64,000 bases of DNA from Candidatus Azambacteria bacterium (lineage in GTDB: Bacteria; Patescibacteriota; Minisyncoccia; GWC2-36-17; WO2-46-25). Where the stretch lies: assembly GCA_016234725.1 (NCBI GenBank), contig JACRAK010000019.1, forward strand, positions 5,801 to 69,800, read 5' to 3'. Within the stretch, counting starts at the first letter, position 1. Each line of letters starts with the position of its first letter. This document shows, in pieces, positions 47,045-57,119 of the stretch. The position numbers and the translations under genes are program-made. The notes beneath the pieces were generated by a model. That model had not been told where the DNA came from and ran no database searches. It saw only the letters and a program-made list of their open reading frames with translations.

Positions 47045-47147
47045 GAGGGCTTTACAGAGTCGTATTTATCTGATATACTAGCAAACGTGTCAAAGCACTA
47101 AGAGGCATAGTCGAGTTTCTAGGCAAAAATAACAAATTTATAATCAC

Positions 47148-47345
47148 ATGGAAGGAACAATCAAGACACTTACGGACAGAGGATTTGGTTTCATTGCTCG
47201 CGAAGGCGAAGCGAAAGACCTTTTCTTTCATTCCAAGGAATTGAATGGCGTGACATTTGATGAGCTTAAAGTAGGCGATGTCGTCTCTTTTGAGGTCGCA
47301 GATGGTCCGAAAGGCCCGAGCGCAGTAGGCGTATCGCGCGCATAA
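47148..47345 (+). CDS. cspA: Cold-shock protein
   Basis: RNP motifs RGFGFI and LFFH; KGPSA; terminator at ~47361-47390. Confidence 0.93.
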   Translation: MEGTIKTLTDRGFGFIAREGEAKDLFFHSKELNGVTFDELKVGDVVSFEVADGPKGPSAVGVSRA

Positions 47346-47488
47346 TACCGCCGATTCTCAAAAAACCACCGTGTCAGACGCGGTGGTTTTGTTTTTCTGA
47401 CAGTGTAACGATTTTGCGCGCTCTGCGTCTGGAATTATGCACCGAAGCTGGGCGTTTTGTCGTAGTAGTATTATAAGCATGGAGATCC

Positions 47489-47920
47489 ATGGGCTTCCAT
47501 TATAAAAATTTCATAGCAGCGGTAATGGTGTGCATTGCGGCGTTCGGCAGCTTTTTTTCGTTCGTGTATTCTGCGGAACAAAAGAAAAGCGCGGCAAAGA
47601 AAGAGGATGTGATCGTAGCTGAACCGGAAAAGCAGTACGACAAAGAGGAGGTAACGCGCATACATGAAGCGATCGTTGCCGGGAGAAAAAAATTGCTCGT
47701 CGATGAAAAGAAACGTGCCGCCGCGGCAAAGCAAAACACACCGGTCGCGTATGCGCAGGGCGCAATAACCCCGCCGCTTCCCGCGGTTGCGCCGGCCGCG
47801 TTACCGTCGGTGAGCGTTGTTACCATTCCTCCGTTGCCTGTGGCGCCCACTCTCGCACCGATTGTGACTGCACCCACGCGGACCGCGAAGGCAACACAGC
47901 CGCGCACTACGGTCTCATAA
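47489..47920 (+). CDS. Secreted or anchored protein with a Pro/Ala-rich stalk ending in ...PRTTVS
   Basis: N-terminal hydrophobic segment, low-complexity linker; first gene of the ApbE operon. Confidence 0.65.
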   Translation: MGFHYKNFIAAVMVCIAAFGSFFSFVYSAEQKKSAAKKEDVIVAEPEKQYDKEEVTRIHEAIVAGRKKLLVDEKKRAAAAKQNTPVAYAQGAITPPLPAVAPAALPSVSVVTIPPLPVAPTLAPIVTAPTRTAKATQPRTTVS

Positions 47921-47928
47921 TAAAAAAT

Positions 47929-48465
47929 ATGAAAAAAATAATGTTTCTTTTGATGGCGGTAAGCATGATTTTTTTGCAGGGGATCATATCGCTTCCGTTT
48001 CAAACCAGCACCGTTCAAGCGAAAGAAGCAAAAAAATACTACGAAGAGGAAGAAGATGATGATGCATGGGAGCGGCAGGCGAAGGAACAGTATGCGCCAT
48101 CTTTTGAAGAACAGAGCGCAGAGGATGCGGCGCTTCTTGAGCGCCAGCAAGCGCTGGAACAACAGCGCCAACAGCAGCAGATGATTGACCAGCAAGCGTT
48201 ATTCGAACAGCAGCTTATCGCTCAACGCGCGGCAATAGAAGCGCGTCAGAAACAGCTTCAGGAACAGCAGGCGCTTCTTGCGGCGCAGACAGGCACGGAA
48301 CAGGCGGGCGCCGCCCTTGCGTATTTTTCAGATGCCGACCACGATGGCATTGATGATGCGAATGACCCGCACCCGGGCGAGCACGAAATGATATACGCGA
48401 TAAAAGATGATAATAGAAACGGCATCAGCGATGAACTCGAATACATCTACGACGCGGGATACTGA
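47929..48465 (+). CDS. Secreted protein with a Gln-rich coiled coil and TSP3-like Ca-binding motifs
   Basis: Signal peptide; DADHDGIDDANDPHP and DDNRNGISD. Confidence 0.7.
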   Translation: MKKIMFLLMAVSMIFLQGIISLPFQTSTVQAKEAKKYYEEEEDDDAWERQAKEQYAPSFEEQSAEDAALLERQQALEQQRQQQQMIDQQALFEQQLIAQRAAIEARQKQLQEQQALLAAQTGTEQAGAALAYFSDADHDGIDDANDPHPGEHEMIYAIKDDNRNGISDELEYIYDAGY

Positions 48466-49444
48466 TCGGCTCGCCATTATTGAAAAGAAATTCCGCGCAA
48501 TGGGTACGGATGTTATTGTTGCTATCGTAAGCGCCGATGCGTGCGCCGCGCACGATGACGCGGACGATGCGGAGCGTGCGGTCGTGGATTTTGAAAAGCG
48601 GTTCAGCAGGTTTCTTCCCGCAAGCGAGCTATGCTCGCTGAATAAAAGCGGGGGCAAGGTGTGCCGCCCGAGCGCAGACATGATCGTTATGCTTGCGGCC
48701 GCGCAGCGCTGGCACGAGGATACCGGCGGCGTGTTTGACCCTTCGGTGTGCGAAGCGCTCGAAGAGCTCGGATATGACAAAAGCATTGATTTTGAGCATG
48801 GGTCGGTGCGCGAAGAGACAGATCAGGTTTTTGATGCGGATGCGCATCGACGAAGTTTTCAAACATGCCCGCGGTTTGCCGATATGCGCATCGTAATAGA
48901 AGAGGGAACGGTTGCGGTCCCGCGGGGGATGAAGCTTGATCTTGGCGGCATAGGAAAAGGGTATATCGTGGACGCGATGGCACAGCTCCTTCGAAAAAAA
49001 TACCGTGATTTTTGGATATCGGCGGGGGGAGATATGTTTCTTTCCGGGTACAATAGTGAAAACAAGCCGTGGGAGATCATGGTGCAAAACCCGCTCGACC
49101 TGAATAATGATATCGGGCGTATCACGATGGGCGACAAAAAAGAAATGGCGGTGGCGACATCGGGCGTGATGAAGCGCAAAGGAGTGAAAGGAGGGTTTGC
49201 GTGGCATCATATCATCGATCCGCGGACAGGCCTTCCCGCATCAAATACTATTGCCGCAGTAACGGTACTAGCGCCTACCGTGACCGCCGCTGATGTGTGC
49301 GCAAAGGTCGTGCTGATACTCGGAGAGAAAGAAGGCATTGATTTTATAGACCGCCGCGCCGATTGCGCATGTCTTACGGTTGATATGGAGGGGAAGATCT
49401 CATATTCCCGTACAATGAAAGAATATTTTGTGCCGGTTTCATGA
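48431..49444 (+). CDS. apbE: FAD:protein FMN transferase
   Basis: FRAMGT, FSRFLPASEL..LN, TGGVFDP, LDLGGIGKGYIVD, SAGGD, VATSG, HHIIDPRTG, AD..AK. Confidence 0.95.
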   Translation: MNSNTSTTRDTDRLAIIEKKFRAMGTDVIVAIVSADACAAHDDADDAERAVVDFEKRFSRFLPASELCSLNKSGGKVCRPSADMIVMLAAAQRWHEDTGGVFDPSVCEALEELGYDKSIDFEHGSVREETDQVFDADAHRRSFQTCPRFADMRIVIEEGTVAVPRGMKLDLGGIGKGYIVDAMAQLLRKKYRDFWISAGGDMFLSGYNSENKPWEIMVQNPLDLNNDIGRITMGDKKEMAVATSGVMKRKGVKGGFAWHHIIDPRTGLPASNTIAAVTVLAPTVTAADVCAKVVLILGEKEGIDFIDRRADCACLTVDMEGKISYSRTMKEYFVPVS

Positions 49445-51000
49445 AGAAAATTGTTTTTGTAAGTATCGCGTTGTTTCTTTTATCCGCATCATATGCGGCG
49501 CCTTTTTTTGTATTCGCGCAGGCAGGTAATGGCGCCGTGGAATACGGCATATCGGAACCAAAAGACAGCGACCTTGATGGACTTACGGATCAGGGAGAGA
49601 TACAGGTATTTAAAACAGATCCTCTAGACCAAGATACTGATGGTGACGGATATTTGGATGGCGAAGAGGTGATGCTCGGGAGCGACCCGCTTGATCGGCA
49701 CGATCCGGAACGCTTTTTGATGTCGCGTACGGCAGAAGGGGATGTGGTAAAAGACGCGACCGCCTTGCCGTGGTATGTCGCCCGCGCGGCGGGGCTTGAA
49801 GCGTATCTGTTGTTGTTTGTGATCACCGTACTCGGTATCGGCCTATATACGCAGTTTATCTTCCGTGTCATGCGTTCGGAAAATGCGCTGATGTTCCATA
49901 AATATCTTTCCGTGCTCACGGGAGCGGTGCTTGCCGTACATGTGGGCGCGCTGTTGTTCGATGCGTTCATGAATTTCAGCGTGTATGAAGTGCTTGTGCC
50001 TTTTTTGTCGCATTATCAAAATATATATGCGAGTATGGGCATTTTTGCGATGTATCTTTTCATCATTATCGTCGCAACTTCGCTGGTTATCCGCACTCTC
50101 TACCCGCGGTTTTGGCGACTGACGCATTATCTCGTGTATCCGCTGTTTGTGCTGTCGTTCGCGCACGGCGTGCTTATCGGTACCGATACGTCCTTTGCGC
50201 TGATGCAGGCGATGTATTGGGCGACCGGCATCATCGGCGTTGCGCTCATCGCGTACCGTATCGCATATCCGTATTTGCAGAAAAAATATCCCTGCCGCAT
50301 CGTGCATATCGGCATGATGACAAAAGATATCGTGGCAGTAGAGCTCGCGAGAGAAGACGGAAATGAATTTCCGGCATTCGTCCCGGGCCAATATGCCGCG
50401 CTCACGTATCGCGACGCGCGCGGGACAATGACGCACAAACATTATTTTTCATTTGCGAGTTCTCCGGCAAACAGAAGGACGGTGCGTTTCGGCATCAAGG
50501 TGATGGGCAATTTCACGCAAGGGCTTGTCCGTATGAAAACGGGGGATAAGATAGTATTGCAAGGGCCGTACGGTGATTTTATATTCAAAGAAAAGCAGAT
50601 GCATCGCGCGGTGTTTATCGCGGGCGGTATCGGTATCACGCCGTTTATGAGCGCGCTTTGCTATGCGCGCGACACAGGCATCGCAAACGACCTTACGCTT
50701 ATATTCAACAACCGTTCGCGTGAAGCGGCTCCATTTGTTGAGGAGATCGGCTCCATCGCGCGACAGAACCCTAAGAGCAAATGTTTTTTCTCGGTGAGCG
50801 ACGACCCGGAAGCGCCCGAAGGATTTTTGAAAGGAAGAGTTGATGAGAAAATGATACGCGCGTGCGTGAACAATGATCTTCACGATACCTATTTTCTCGT
50901 GTGCGGCTCGCCTCCGTTCATGGATGCGGTGATACGCACTCTGCGCCGATGCGGCGTGCGCCAGCAGTATATTCGCAAAGAATACTTTACCGCGTATTAA
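49441..51000 (+). CDS. Ferric-reductase-like heme-b membrane domain fused to a cytoplasmic FNR (FAD/NAD(P)H) domain, with N-terminal TSP3-like repeats
   Basis: DSDLDGLTD and DTDGDGYLDGEE; four TM His (FHKYL, VHV, THYL, AHG); PGQY, HYFSFASS, GPYG, IAGGIGITPF, CGSPPFM, EYF. Confidence 0.88.
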   Translation: MKKIVFVSIALFLLSASYAAPFFVFAQAGNGAVEYGISEPKDSDLDGLTDQGEIQVFKTDPLDQDTDGDGYLDGEEVMLGSDPLDRHDPERFLMSRTAEGDVVKDATALPWYVARAAGLEAYLLLFVITVLGIGLYTQFIFRVMRSENALMFHKYLSVLTGAVLAVHVGALLFDAFMNFSVYEVLVPFLSHYQNIYASMGIFAMYLFIIIVATSLVIRTLYPRFWRLTHYLVYPLFVLSFAHGVLIGTDTSFALMQAMYWATGIIGVALIAYRIAYPYLQKKYPCRIVHIGMMTKDIVAVELAREDGNEFPAFVPGQYAALTYRDARGTMTHKHYFSFASSPANRRTVRFGIKVMGNFTQGLVRMKTGDKIVLQGPYGDFIFKEKQMHRAVFIAGGIGITPFMSALCYARDTGIANDLTLIFNNRSREAAPFVEEIGSIARQNPKSKCFFSVSDDPEAPEGFLKGRVDEKMIRACVNNDLHDTYFLVCGSPPFMDAVIRTLRRCGVRQQYIRKEYFTAY

Positions 51001-51086
51001 TAACGTTTTGCGTTCAGAGTAACAACCCGCTTTGCTTACTGTCATCAGGTGTAGTATTATTATTTGTTATTGTTTATCACATTCAC

Positions 51087-52220
51087 ATGGACATCGTCAC
51101 TGACCATAAAAAAGATCCTGTTGGGCCCGAATACATTATCAAAGCGCACAATCCGAAACTTGGTGTTTGGGGGTTTTTGGTCATCGACAATACGGTGCTT
51201 GGTCCCGGGAAAGGCGGTATCCGCATGACCCCAACTGTCACCGAAGAGGAAGTATTCCGGCTCGCGCGCGCCATGACGTTCAAAAATGCCATTGCGGGCA
51301 TTCCGTTTGGCGGGGCGAAATCGGGCATAGTATTTGATCCGAAATCGGCGGACAAAAAAACAAAAAAAGAAATCATACAGTGGTTTGCGCGCGCGATGCG
51401 CCCTTTTATTCCTTCTGCATATATCGCGGGGCCTGATGTTAATACGACGGAGACCGAGATGAAGTGGTTTGTGGAAGCGATCCGAAATAAAAAAGGAGCG
51501 ACAGGAAAACCGAAATCGATCGGTGGTCTTCCCCACGAACTTGGCAGTACCGGCTTTGGTGTTGCGTGCGCGGCGAAGATCGCGCTTGAATACGCGGATA
51601 TTCCAGTGCGCGGCGCAACGGTTGCTATTGAAGGATATGGCAATGTCGGTACATTTGCGCACAAGTTTCTTGAAGAGATGGGCGCGAGGATCGTTGCGGT
51701 CTCCGATTCAAAAGGGACGGCATATCACATCGACGGGCTTTCTCATACGGCGCTTATGCGAGTGAAAAAAGAAAACGGATCAGTTGTGTATTATCCGGAG
51801 GCGCGACAGCTGGGCAAAGAAGAAATTTTTTCGCTCGATATAGATGTTCTTATTCCCGCGGCTCTTCCCGACGTTATCCATGAAAAAAATAGTGATGCCG
51901 TGCGCGCAAAAGTGATCGTAGAGGGCGCGAATATCCCGATGCAGCACGATGTTGAAGACGCGCTACATGCGCGAGGTGTACTCATCGTGCCGGACATCGT
52001 TGCGAATGCAGGCGGTGTCATTTCTTCATATGCGGAACATAAAGGATATACTGAAAAACGCATGTTTACGCTTGTTGAGGAAAAGATCAGTGCGAGTACG
52101 CGGGAGATAATGGGGATAATGAAAAAAACAGGGAAAAATCCGCGCGCGATCGCAATGGAGATTGCACATAGACGAATAACGAAAAACGCCCGGGGCCATC
52201 GGATGGCATCGACACAGTAA
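51087..52220 (+). CDS. gdhA: Glu/Leu/Phe/Val dehydrogenase (glutamate dehydrogenase-like)
   Basis: GPGKGGIR, MTFKNA, GGAKSG, GPDVNT, TGKP, EGYGNVG, EGAN, VPDIVANAGGV. Confidence 0.88.
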   Translation: MDIVTDHKKDPVGPEYIIKAHNPKLGVWGFLVIDNTVLGPGKGGIRMTPTVTEEEVFRLARAMTFKNAIAGIPFGGAKSGIVFDPKSADKKTKKEIIQWFARAMRPFIPSAYIAGPDVNTTETEMKWFVEAIRNKKGATGKPKSIGGLPHELGSTGFGVACAAKIALEYADIPVRGATVAIEGYGNVGTFAHKFLEEMGARIVAVSDSKGTAYHIDGLSHTALMRVKKENGSVVYYPEARQLGKEEIFSLDIDVLIPAALPDVIHEKNSDAVRAKVIVEGANIPMQHDVEDALHARGVLIVPDIVANAGGVISSYAEHKGYTEKRMFTLVEEKISASTREIMGIMKKTGKNPRAIAMEIAHRRITKNARGHRMASTQ

Positions 52221-52338
52221 AAGGAGGTATTTTATAGATATAAGTACAACAAAACAGCCACGAGAGCGGCTGTTTTGTATTTCCCTATTCTTAAAATTGC
52301 TGATATATTGATTTGAGAATTCATTCTGTCGGAAAAAT

Positions 52339-53025
52339 ATGAAAAGCGCCGGAATACGCATCAATAAATATATTCGCGACCAGGGGCTTGCGTCGCGCCG
52401 CGAGGCCGATGAGCTTATTGCCAAAGGCAAAGTGCTGGTGAACGGCAAGCGCGCGAAAGAAGGCATGCTGATAACCGATGCCGACGAAGTGACGTTCGCA
52501 GAAGAGTACGCTTCGCCCGATCATCAGTATTATGCGTACTACAAGCCGCAAGGGCTTGCGACGCAGGCGCCGGAGGGGCAACGAAGCGTGATCACCGATT
52601 GGAAAAAACGGGGCATGTTTCCCGTGGGGCGGCTTGATAAAGAATCGGAAGGGCTTTTGCTTATGACCAATGATCGGCGGTTCACGACGCAGATAGTCGG
52701 TGCGGCATCGGACGTGGAAAAAGAATATCTGGTCCATGTGCGGGAGCCGATACGCCAAGGCATCCCCGCGATCCTCAAAAAAGGAATGGATACCGAAGCG
52801 TTCGGCAAACTTCTTCCTGCGGATGCGCATATCGCAGGCAAGAACGCGATACATATCACTTTGAAAGAAGGGAAGCGGCACCAGATACGCGTGATGCTTT
52901 CCGAGCTCGGGTTTACCGTCACATCGCTCAAGCGCATCCGGGTCGGGCACGTGCAGATCGGCGGGTTGCGCGCAGGGGAGGCGCGCGCTTTAACCAAGGG
53001 CGAGGTAAAGAAATTTTTCCAATAG
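52339..53025 (+). CDS. RsuA/RluB/RluF-family rRNA pseudouridine synthase with an S4 domain
   Basis: RINKY...SRREADELI, VGRLDKESEGLLLMTND, EGKRHQIRVM. Confidence 0.93.
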   Translation: MKSAGIRINKYIRDQGLASRREADELIAKGKVLVNGKRAKEGMLITDADEVTFAEEYASPDHQYYAYYKPQGLATQAPEGQRSVITDWKKRGMFPVGRLDKESEGLLLMTNDRRFTTQIVGAASDVEKEYLVHVREPIRQGIPAILKKGMDTEAFGKLLPADAHIAGKNAIHITLKEGKRHQIRVMLSELGFTVTSLKRIRVGHVQIGGLRAGEARALTKGEVKKFFQ

Positions 53026-53147
53026 CTTTTCACTACAAAACATCATCTGCTTCGTTCCGCCTCCGTGTCTTGCCTTGCTGTACTTATAGTACAGCTTCGG
53101 CTTCGATACTCGGCGCGCCTCGCATCTGACGTTTTGTAATGAAAAGC
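53025..53147 (-). repeat. ~125-nt hairpin element of the GAGGCGC/AACGAAG family (minus strand)
   Basis: Arms gcttttcactacaaaac / gttttgtaatgaaaagc; the minus strand carries gaggcgc, ctgtac-N5-gtacag, aacgaag. Confidence 0.8.
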
Positions 53148-53196
53148 GTGATAATAACTTTTAAGGTATAATAGAAAGAATGTATAAGCAACACAC

Positions 53197-55530
53197 ATGA
53201 CGCCTATCGAGCAGATAAAAAAATACGTGCGGGCGGCGAATTATCTCGCCGTTGCGCAGTTGTATTTACAAGACAACTTTTTACTCGAGCGGCCGCTGTC
53301 GTTTGACGACATCAAGCCGCGGCTGTTGGGCCACTGGGGAACGTGCCCCGGCATCAATTTCGTCTATGCGAATCTGAACTACCTCATTAAAAAGCATAAC
53401 GCGTCGATGCTTTTTTTGCTCGGGCCGGGGCATGGGTTTCCCGCATTGCAGGCAAATCTTTTTTTGGAGGGCACGCTGAAAAATTATTATCCCGAAGCGA
53501 CGCATGACGAGAAAGGCGTCGGCTATGTCGTAAAGAATTTCAGCTGGCCGCGCGGGTTCCCGAGTCACAGCAACCCGGGCGCGCCGGGCGTTATTGTGGA
53601 AGGCGGCGAGCTCGGCTATTCGCTGTCGACCGCATACGGCGCTATTTTGGACAATCCCGACTTGATCGCGGCGTGCCTCGTGGGGGACGGCGAAGCGGAA
53701 ACGGGGGCAACGGCGACCGCGTGGCATTTGAATAAATTCATCGATCCGGCCTCAAACGGCGCGGTGTTGCCGATCTTGCATGTGAACGGATATAAGATAT
53801 CCGGCCCGACGATATTCGGGAGAATGTCCAACAAAGAACTCAAGGCGCTGTTTGTCGGCTACGGGTATCAGCCGATCATCGTTGAAGGCAAAGACCCGTA
53901 TGAAAAAATGGCCGGCGCGCTTGAAGAAGCGTACCAGCTTATTCGTTCTATCCAACAGCGCGCGCGCGGAGGGGAAATGGTTGTGGCGCCGCATTTTCCA
54001 ATGATCGTTCTCAAAACGCTCAAAGGATGGACAGGTATTAAAAAACTCGGCAAGGATAAAATAGAGGGCAACTGCCTGGCGCACCAGGTCGTCGCCACGG
54101 AAGCAAAGACCGACCGCGCGCAATTGAAGGCGGTTGAAAAATGGATGCGCTCATACGCATTTCACGAACTTTTCGATAAGCAGAACGGATTTATCGGCGA
54201 CATACAAGGACTCATACCCGAGGGCGACCTGAGAATGGGGGAGAGCAAGCATGCGTTCCCTGATCGGGTGCGTAAAGACCTTATCTTGCCGGACATGCAC
54301 GCGTTCTCCGAGGATACGTCCGTTCCCGGCACGGTGGGGTCAAGCAGTATGCGCGCCACCGGGACGTATTTGAAAAAACTTTTTGAACTGAACAGCGACG
54401 CTAAGAATTTTCGTTTGATGTCACCGGATGAAACGTATTCCAACAAGCTCGATGACGTATTCGGGGCGACCGCGCGGCCGTTCGTATGGCCGACGGAAAG
54501 GTGGGACAAAGATATTTCGCGCGACGGCAGGGTGATGGAAATGCTAAGCGAACATTCTTTGATGGGGCTGACGCAGGGGTATATCCTCACCGGCAGGCAC
54601 GCCATCTTTTCTTCATACGAGGCGTTCGTGCAGGTGATCGCGAGCATGGCTGATCAGTATGCGAAATTCCTGCGCGTTGCACGGAGAACGCCGTGGCGGG
54701 GAAGCGTGTCCTCGATGAACTTCATTCTTACGTCGTCGGGGTGGCGGCAGGAGCATAACGGCTTTTCGCATCAGAACCCCGGCTTCATCGACAACATGCT
54801 TGAAAAACACGGGTGCTTCATCAACGTGTATTTCCCGCCCGATGCCAACAGCACGCTCACGGTTCTGGATAAATGCCTTCGTTCAAAAAATGAGATCAAC
54901 ATCATCGTCGCCGGAAAGACCGTTGAGCCGCGGTGGCTGACGATCGAACGGGCGAAGACCGAGCTGACGCGCGGGCTGATGGTGTGGGATTTCGCGAGCG
55001 ACGAGAACCCCGACATCGTATTTTCTTCAGCGGGCGATTATATCACCAAAGAAACGCTTGCGGCGGTCGATATCTTGAAGCGGGAGGCGCCCGAAGTGAA
55101 GGTGCGGTTCGTGAATATTTTAGAGCTTACCGCGCTTGGCATCGGCAACCAGGAGTGCCGTTTGCCGCTCCATGATTTCGACGATTATTTCACCGCGGAC
55201 AAGCCGGTGATCTTTAATTTCCACGGGTATCCCGAAGCATTGAAACAAATGCTGTTTGGGAGGGAGAACACCGCGCGGTTTTTCGTGCACGGGTATATCG
55301 AGCACGGCTCGACCACGACGACATTCGATATGCAGGTGCGGAATAAAACAAGCCGGTGGCACTTGGTGATGGAAGCGATGGGTATTTTGGCGGGGCGGGG
55401 CGTGGTCGCGCGGGAAAAGGCGGACAGCGTGATACAGGCATACGAACAGAAATTAAAAGACCATGGCGAGTACATCATACAATACGGCACCGATATGGAT
55501 GAAATAAAAAATTGGGAATGGTCCCGTTAG
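53197..55530 (+). CDS. xfp: Xylulose-5-phosphate/fructose-6-phosphate phosphoketolase
   Basis: GHWGTCPG, GPGHG, EGGELGYSL, VGDGEAETG, NGYKI, PDETYSNKL, SEH, QEHNGFSHQNPG. Confidence 0.97.
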   Translation: MTPIEQIKKYVRAANYLAVAQLYLQDNFLLERPLSFDDIKPRLLGHWGTCPGINFVYANLNYLIKKHNASMLFLLGPGHGFPALQANLFLEGTLKNYYPEATHDEKGVGYVVKNFSWPRGFPSHSNPGAPGVIVEGGELGYSLSTAYGAILDNPDLIAACLVGDGEAETGATATAWHLNKFIDPASNGAVLPILHVNGYKISGPTIFGRMSNKELKALFVGYGYQPIIVEGKDPYEKMAGALEEAYQLIRSIQQRARGGEMVVAPHFPMIVLKTLKGWTGIKKLGKDKIEGNCLAHQVVATEAKTDRAQLKAVEKWMRSYAFHELFDKQNGFIGDIQGLIPEGDLRMGESKHAFPDRVRKDLILPDMHAFSEDTSVPGTVGSSSMRATGTYLKKLFELNSDAKNFRLMSPDETYSNKLDDVFGATARPFVWPTERWDKDISRDGRVMEMLSEHSLMGLTQGYILTGRHAIFSSYEAFVQVIASMADQYAKFLRVARRTPWRGSVSSMNFILTSSGWRQEHNGFSHQNPGFIDNMLEKHGCFINVYFPPDANSTLTVLDKCLRSKNEINIIVAGKTVEPRWLTIERAKTELTRGLMVWDFASDENPDIVFSSAGDYITKETLAAVDILKREAPEVKVRFVNILELTALGIGNQECRLPLHDFDDYFTADKPVIFNFHGYPEALKQMLFGRENTARFFVHGYIEHGSTTTTFDMQVRNKTSRWHLVMEAMGILAGRGVVAREKADSVIQAYEQKLKDHGEYIIQYGTDMDEIKNWEWSR

Positions 55531-56729
55531 AAATTTATGCAGTGGAAAAGAAATATTTAGTCGTTAATTTAGGCAGTGCGTCAAAAAAATACGCGCTGTA
55601 TGAGGGCGGCAAGGAGCTTTTTTCCGCGCATTACGAGAAAGAGGGAAGCAGGGTCATCGTCACCGAAGGAAAAAGCGGCGCGCGGATAAAAAGCGTGATC
55701 ACGCCGCAGGATTATGAGGCGAGCGCGAAACGGCTTGCCGATCTTTGTATCGCTTCCGGGTGCATCGCTACGCTCAAAGATATCAGCGCGGTGGGCTTTC
55801 GCGTCGTTGCATCGAGTGAGTATTTCAATGCGACAAAGCACATTGACGGCGAGTATCGTGCAAAGCTCGCAGAGGAGTACGAAATCGCGCCTTTGCATGT
55901 TGCGGTGGTTTCAAAAGGCATCGAAGAGGTGTATGCACTGTTTCCTGAAACGCCGCTTGTCGCGGTGTCAGACAGTGCGTTTCACGCGGAGCTTCCCGAT
56001 CACGCGCGGACATACGCATTGCCCATGGAGGACTCACAGAAGCTTTCGCTGTACCGGTACGGGTATCACGGCATATCCATACGCTCGGTGCTTCATACGA
56101 TACAGGGGCTGGCGGGCGCGGTGCCTGCGCGGGTCATTGTGTGCCACTTGGGCGGCGGCGCAAGCGTGACGGCGGTGAAAAACGGGAAAAGCGTTGATAC
56201 GTCCATGGGGTTCACGCCGCTTGAGGGGCTCGTGATGGCAACAAGGGTGGGGGATATCGACAGTGGCGCGCTTATCTATCTTGCCCGGAAGCTCGGGCTG
56301 TCTTTGGAAGCACTTGATGAATATCTCAATCACCAATGCGGCCTGCTGGGGTTGTCGGGCGGGAAGGAGAGCGGCGTGCGCGAACTTATCGAACTTGAGA
56401 AGGCGGGTGATGCGCATGCGAAGCTCGCGCTTGCGGTATTCGTGTACCGCATCAAAAAATATATCGGCGCGTATACGGCCGCGCTCGGCGGTTTGGATAT
56501 GCTTGTTTTTACCGCTACCATCGGCGAGCGCTCGAGCATCACCCGCGCGCGCATATGCGAGGGGCTTGAGTGTTTGGGCATAACAATCGATGAACTGAAA
56601 AATAACCTTATTATCGGCGCTACATCTGATTTCATAGACGACGGCAAGCACTCGGCGAAAGTGGCGGTCATCAGGACCGATGAGATGGGCCAGATCCTTG
56701 CCGATATGACGGCGTTTCTCGAGAGTTAA
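55512..56729 (+). CDS. ackA: Acetate kinase (start could be 55518 or 55542)
   Basis: VVNLGSASKKY, DSAFH, RYGYHGIS, HLGGGAS, DTSMGFTPLEGLVMATR, FTATIGE. Confidence 0.95.
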   Translation: MGMVPLEIYAVEKKYLVVNLGSASKKYALYEGGKELFSAHYEKEGSRVIVTEGKSGARIKSVITPQDYEASAKRLADLCIASGCIATLKDISAVGFRVVASSEYFNATKHIDGEYRAKLAEEYEIAPLHVAVVSKGIEEVYALFPETPLVAVSDSAFHAELPDHARTYALPMEDSQKLSLYRYGYHGISIRSVLHTIQGLAGAVPARVIVCHLGGGASVTAVKNGKSVDTSMGFTPLEGLVMATRVGDIDSGALIYLARKLGLSLEALDEYLNHQCGLLGLSGGKESGVRELIELEKAGDAHAKLALAVFVYRIKKYIGAYTAALGGLDMLVFTATIGERSSITRARICEGLECLGITIDELKNNLIIGATSDFIDDGKHSAKVAVIRTDEMGQILADMTAFLES

Positions 56730-56756
56730 AGCCGGTAACCGCCTTTGAGACATAAT

Positions 56757-56786
56757 AAAACCCTCTGCTGTGGCGGAGGGTTTTTT
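56757..56786 (+). terminator. Intrinsic terminator after ackA
   Basis: aaaaccctctgc-tgtg-gcggagggtttttt. Confidence 0.75.
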
Positions 56787-57008
56787 ATTCAGGCGTCATT
56801 TTCTGAAGGAAAAAGAAAAGCTCTAACATTGTTAGAGCTTTTATATAGGGAGGGTCGAAAAATCCGACCCGATATTTGCATGATGGTTAATACCATCAAT
56901 GTGCTATATGAAACTAATGTCTCATATGACTCAAGTATAGCAAACCTAAAAGTGTCGTCAATAATGCGCCTGTGGATAACTTTTACCTCACCACTCAGAG
57001 GGTATTGA

Positions 57009-57119
57009 CCCCGTTACAGCATCGCAGTTACATTGTTGTTTTCATATCATCATAAGGCGAAGCCGCTTTACGGCTTTTAGCAGGGAATACATGGCGGCAC
57101 GTATAATGCTGTAACGGGG
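57009..57119. repeat. Palindromic element accccgttacagcat...atgctgtaacgggg(t), the IS target
   Basis: 15-bp inverted arms with internal hairpin aagccg-cttta-cggctt. Confidence 0.75.

Noticed and set aside
37757-47400. Integrated element or prophage at tRNA-Asn
   Set aside because: No integrase, phage genes or duplicated tRNA 3' end found; it is treated only as an accessory-gene-rich stretch
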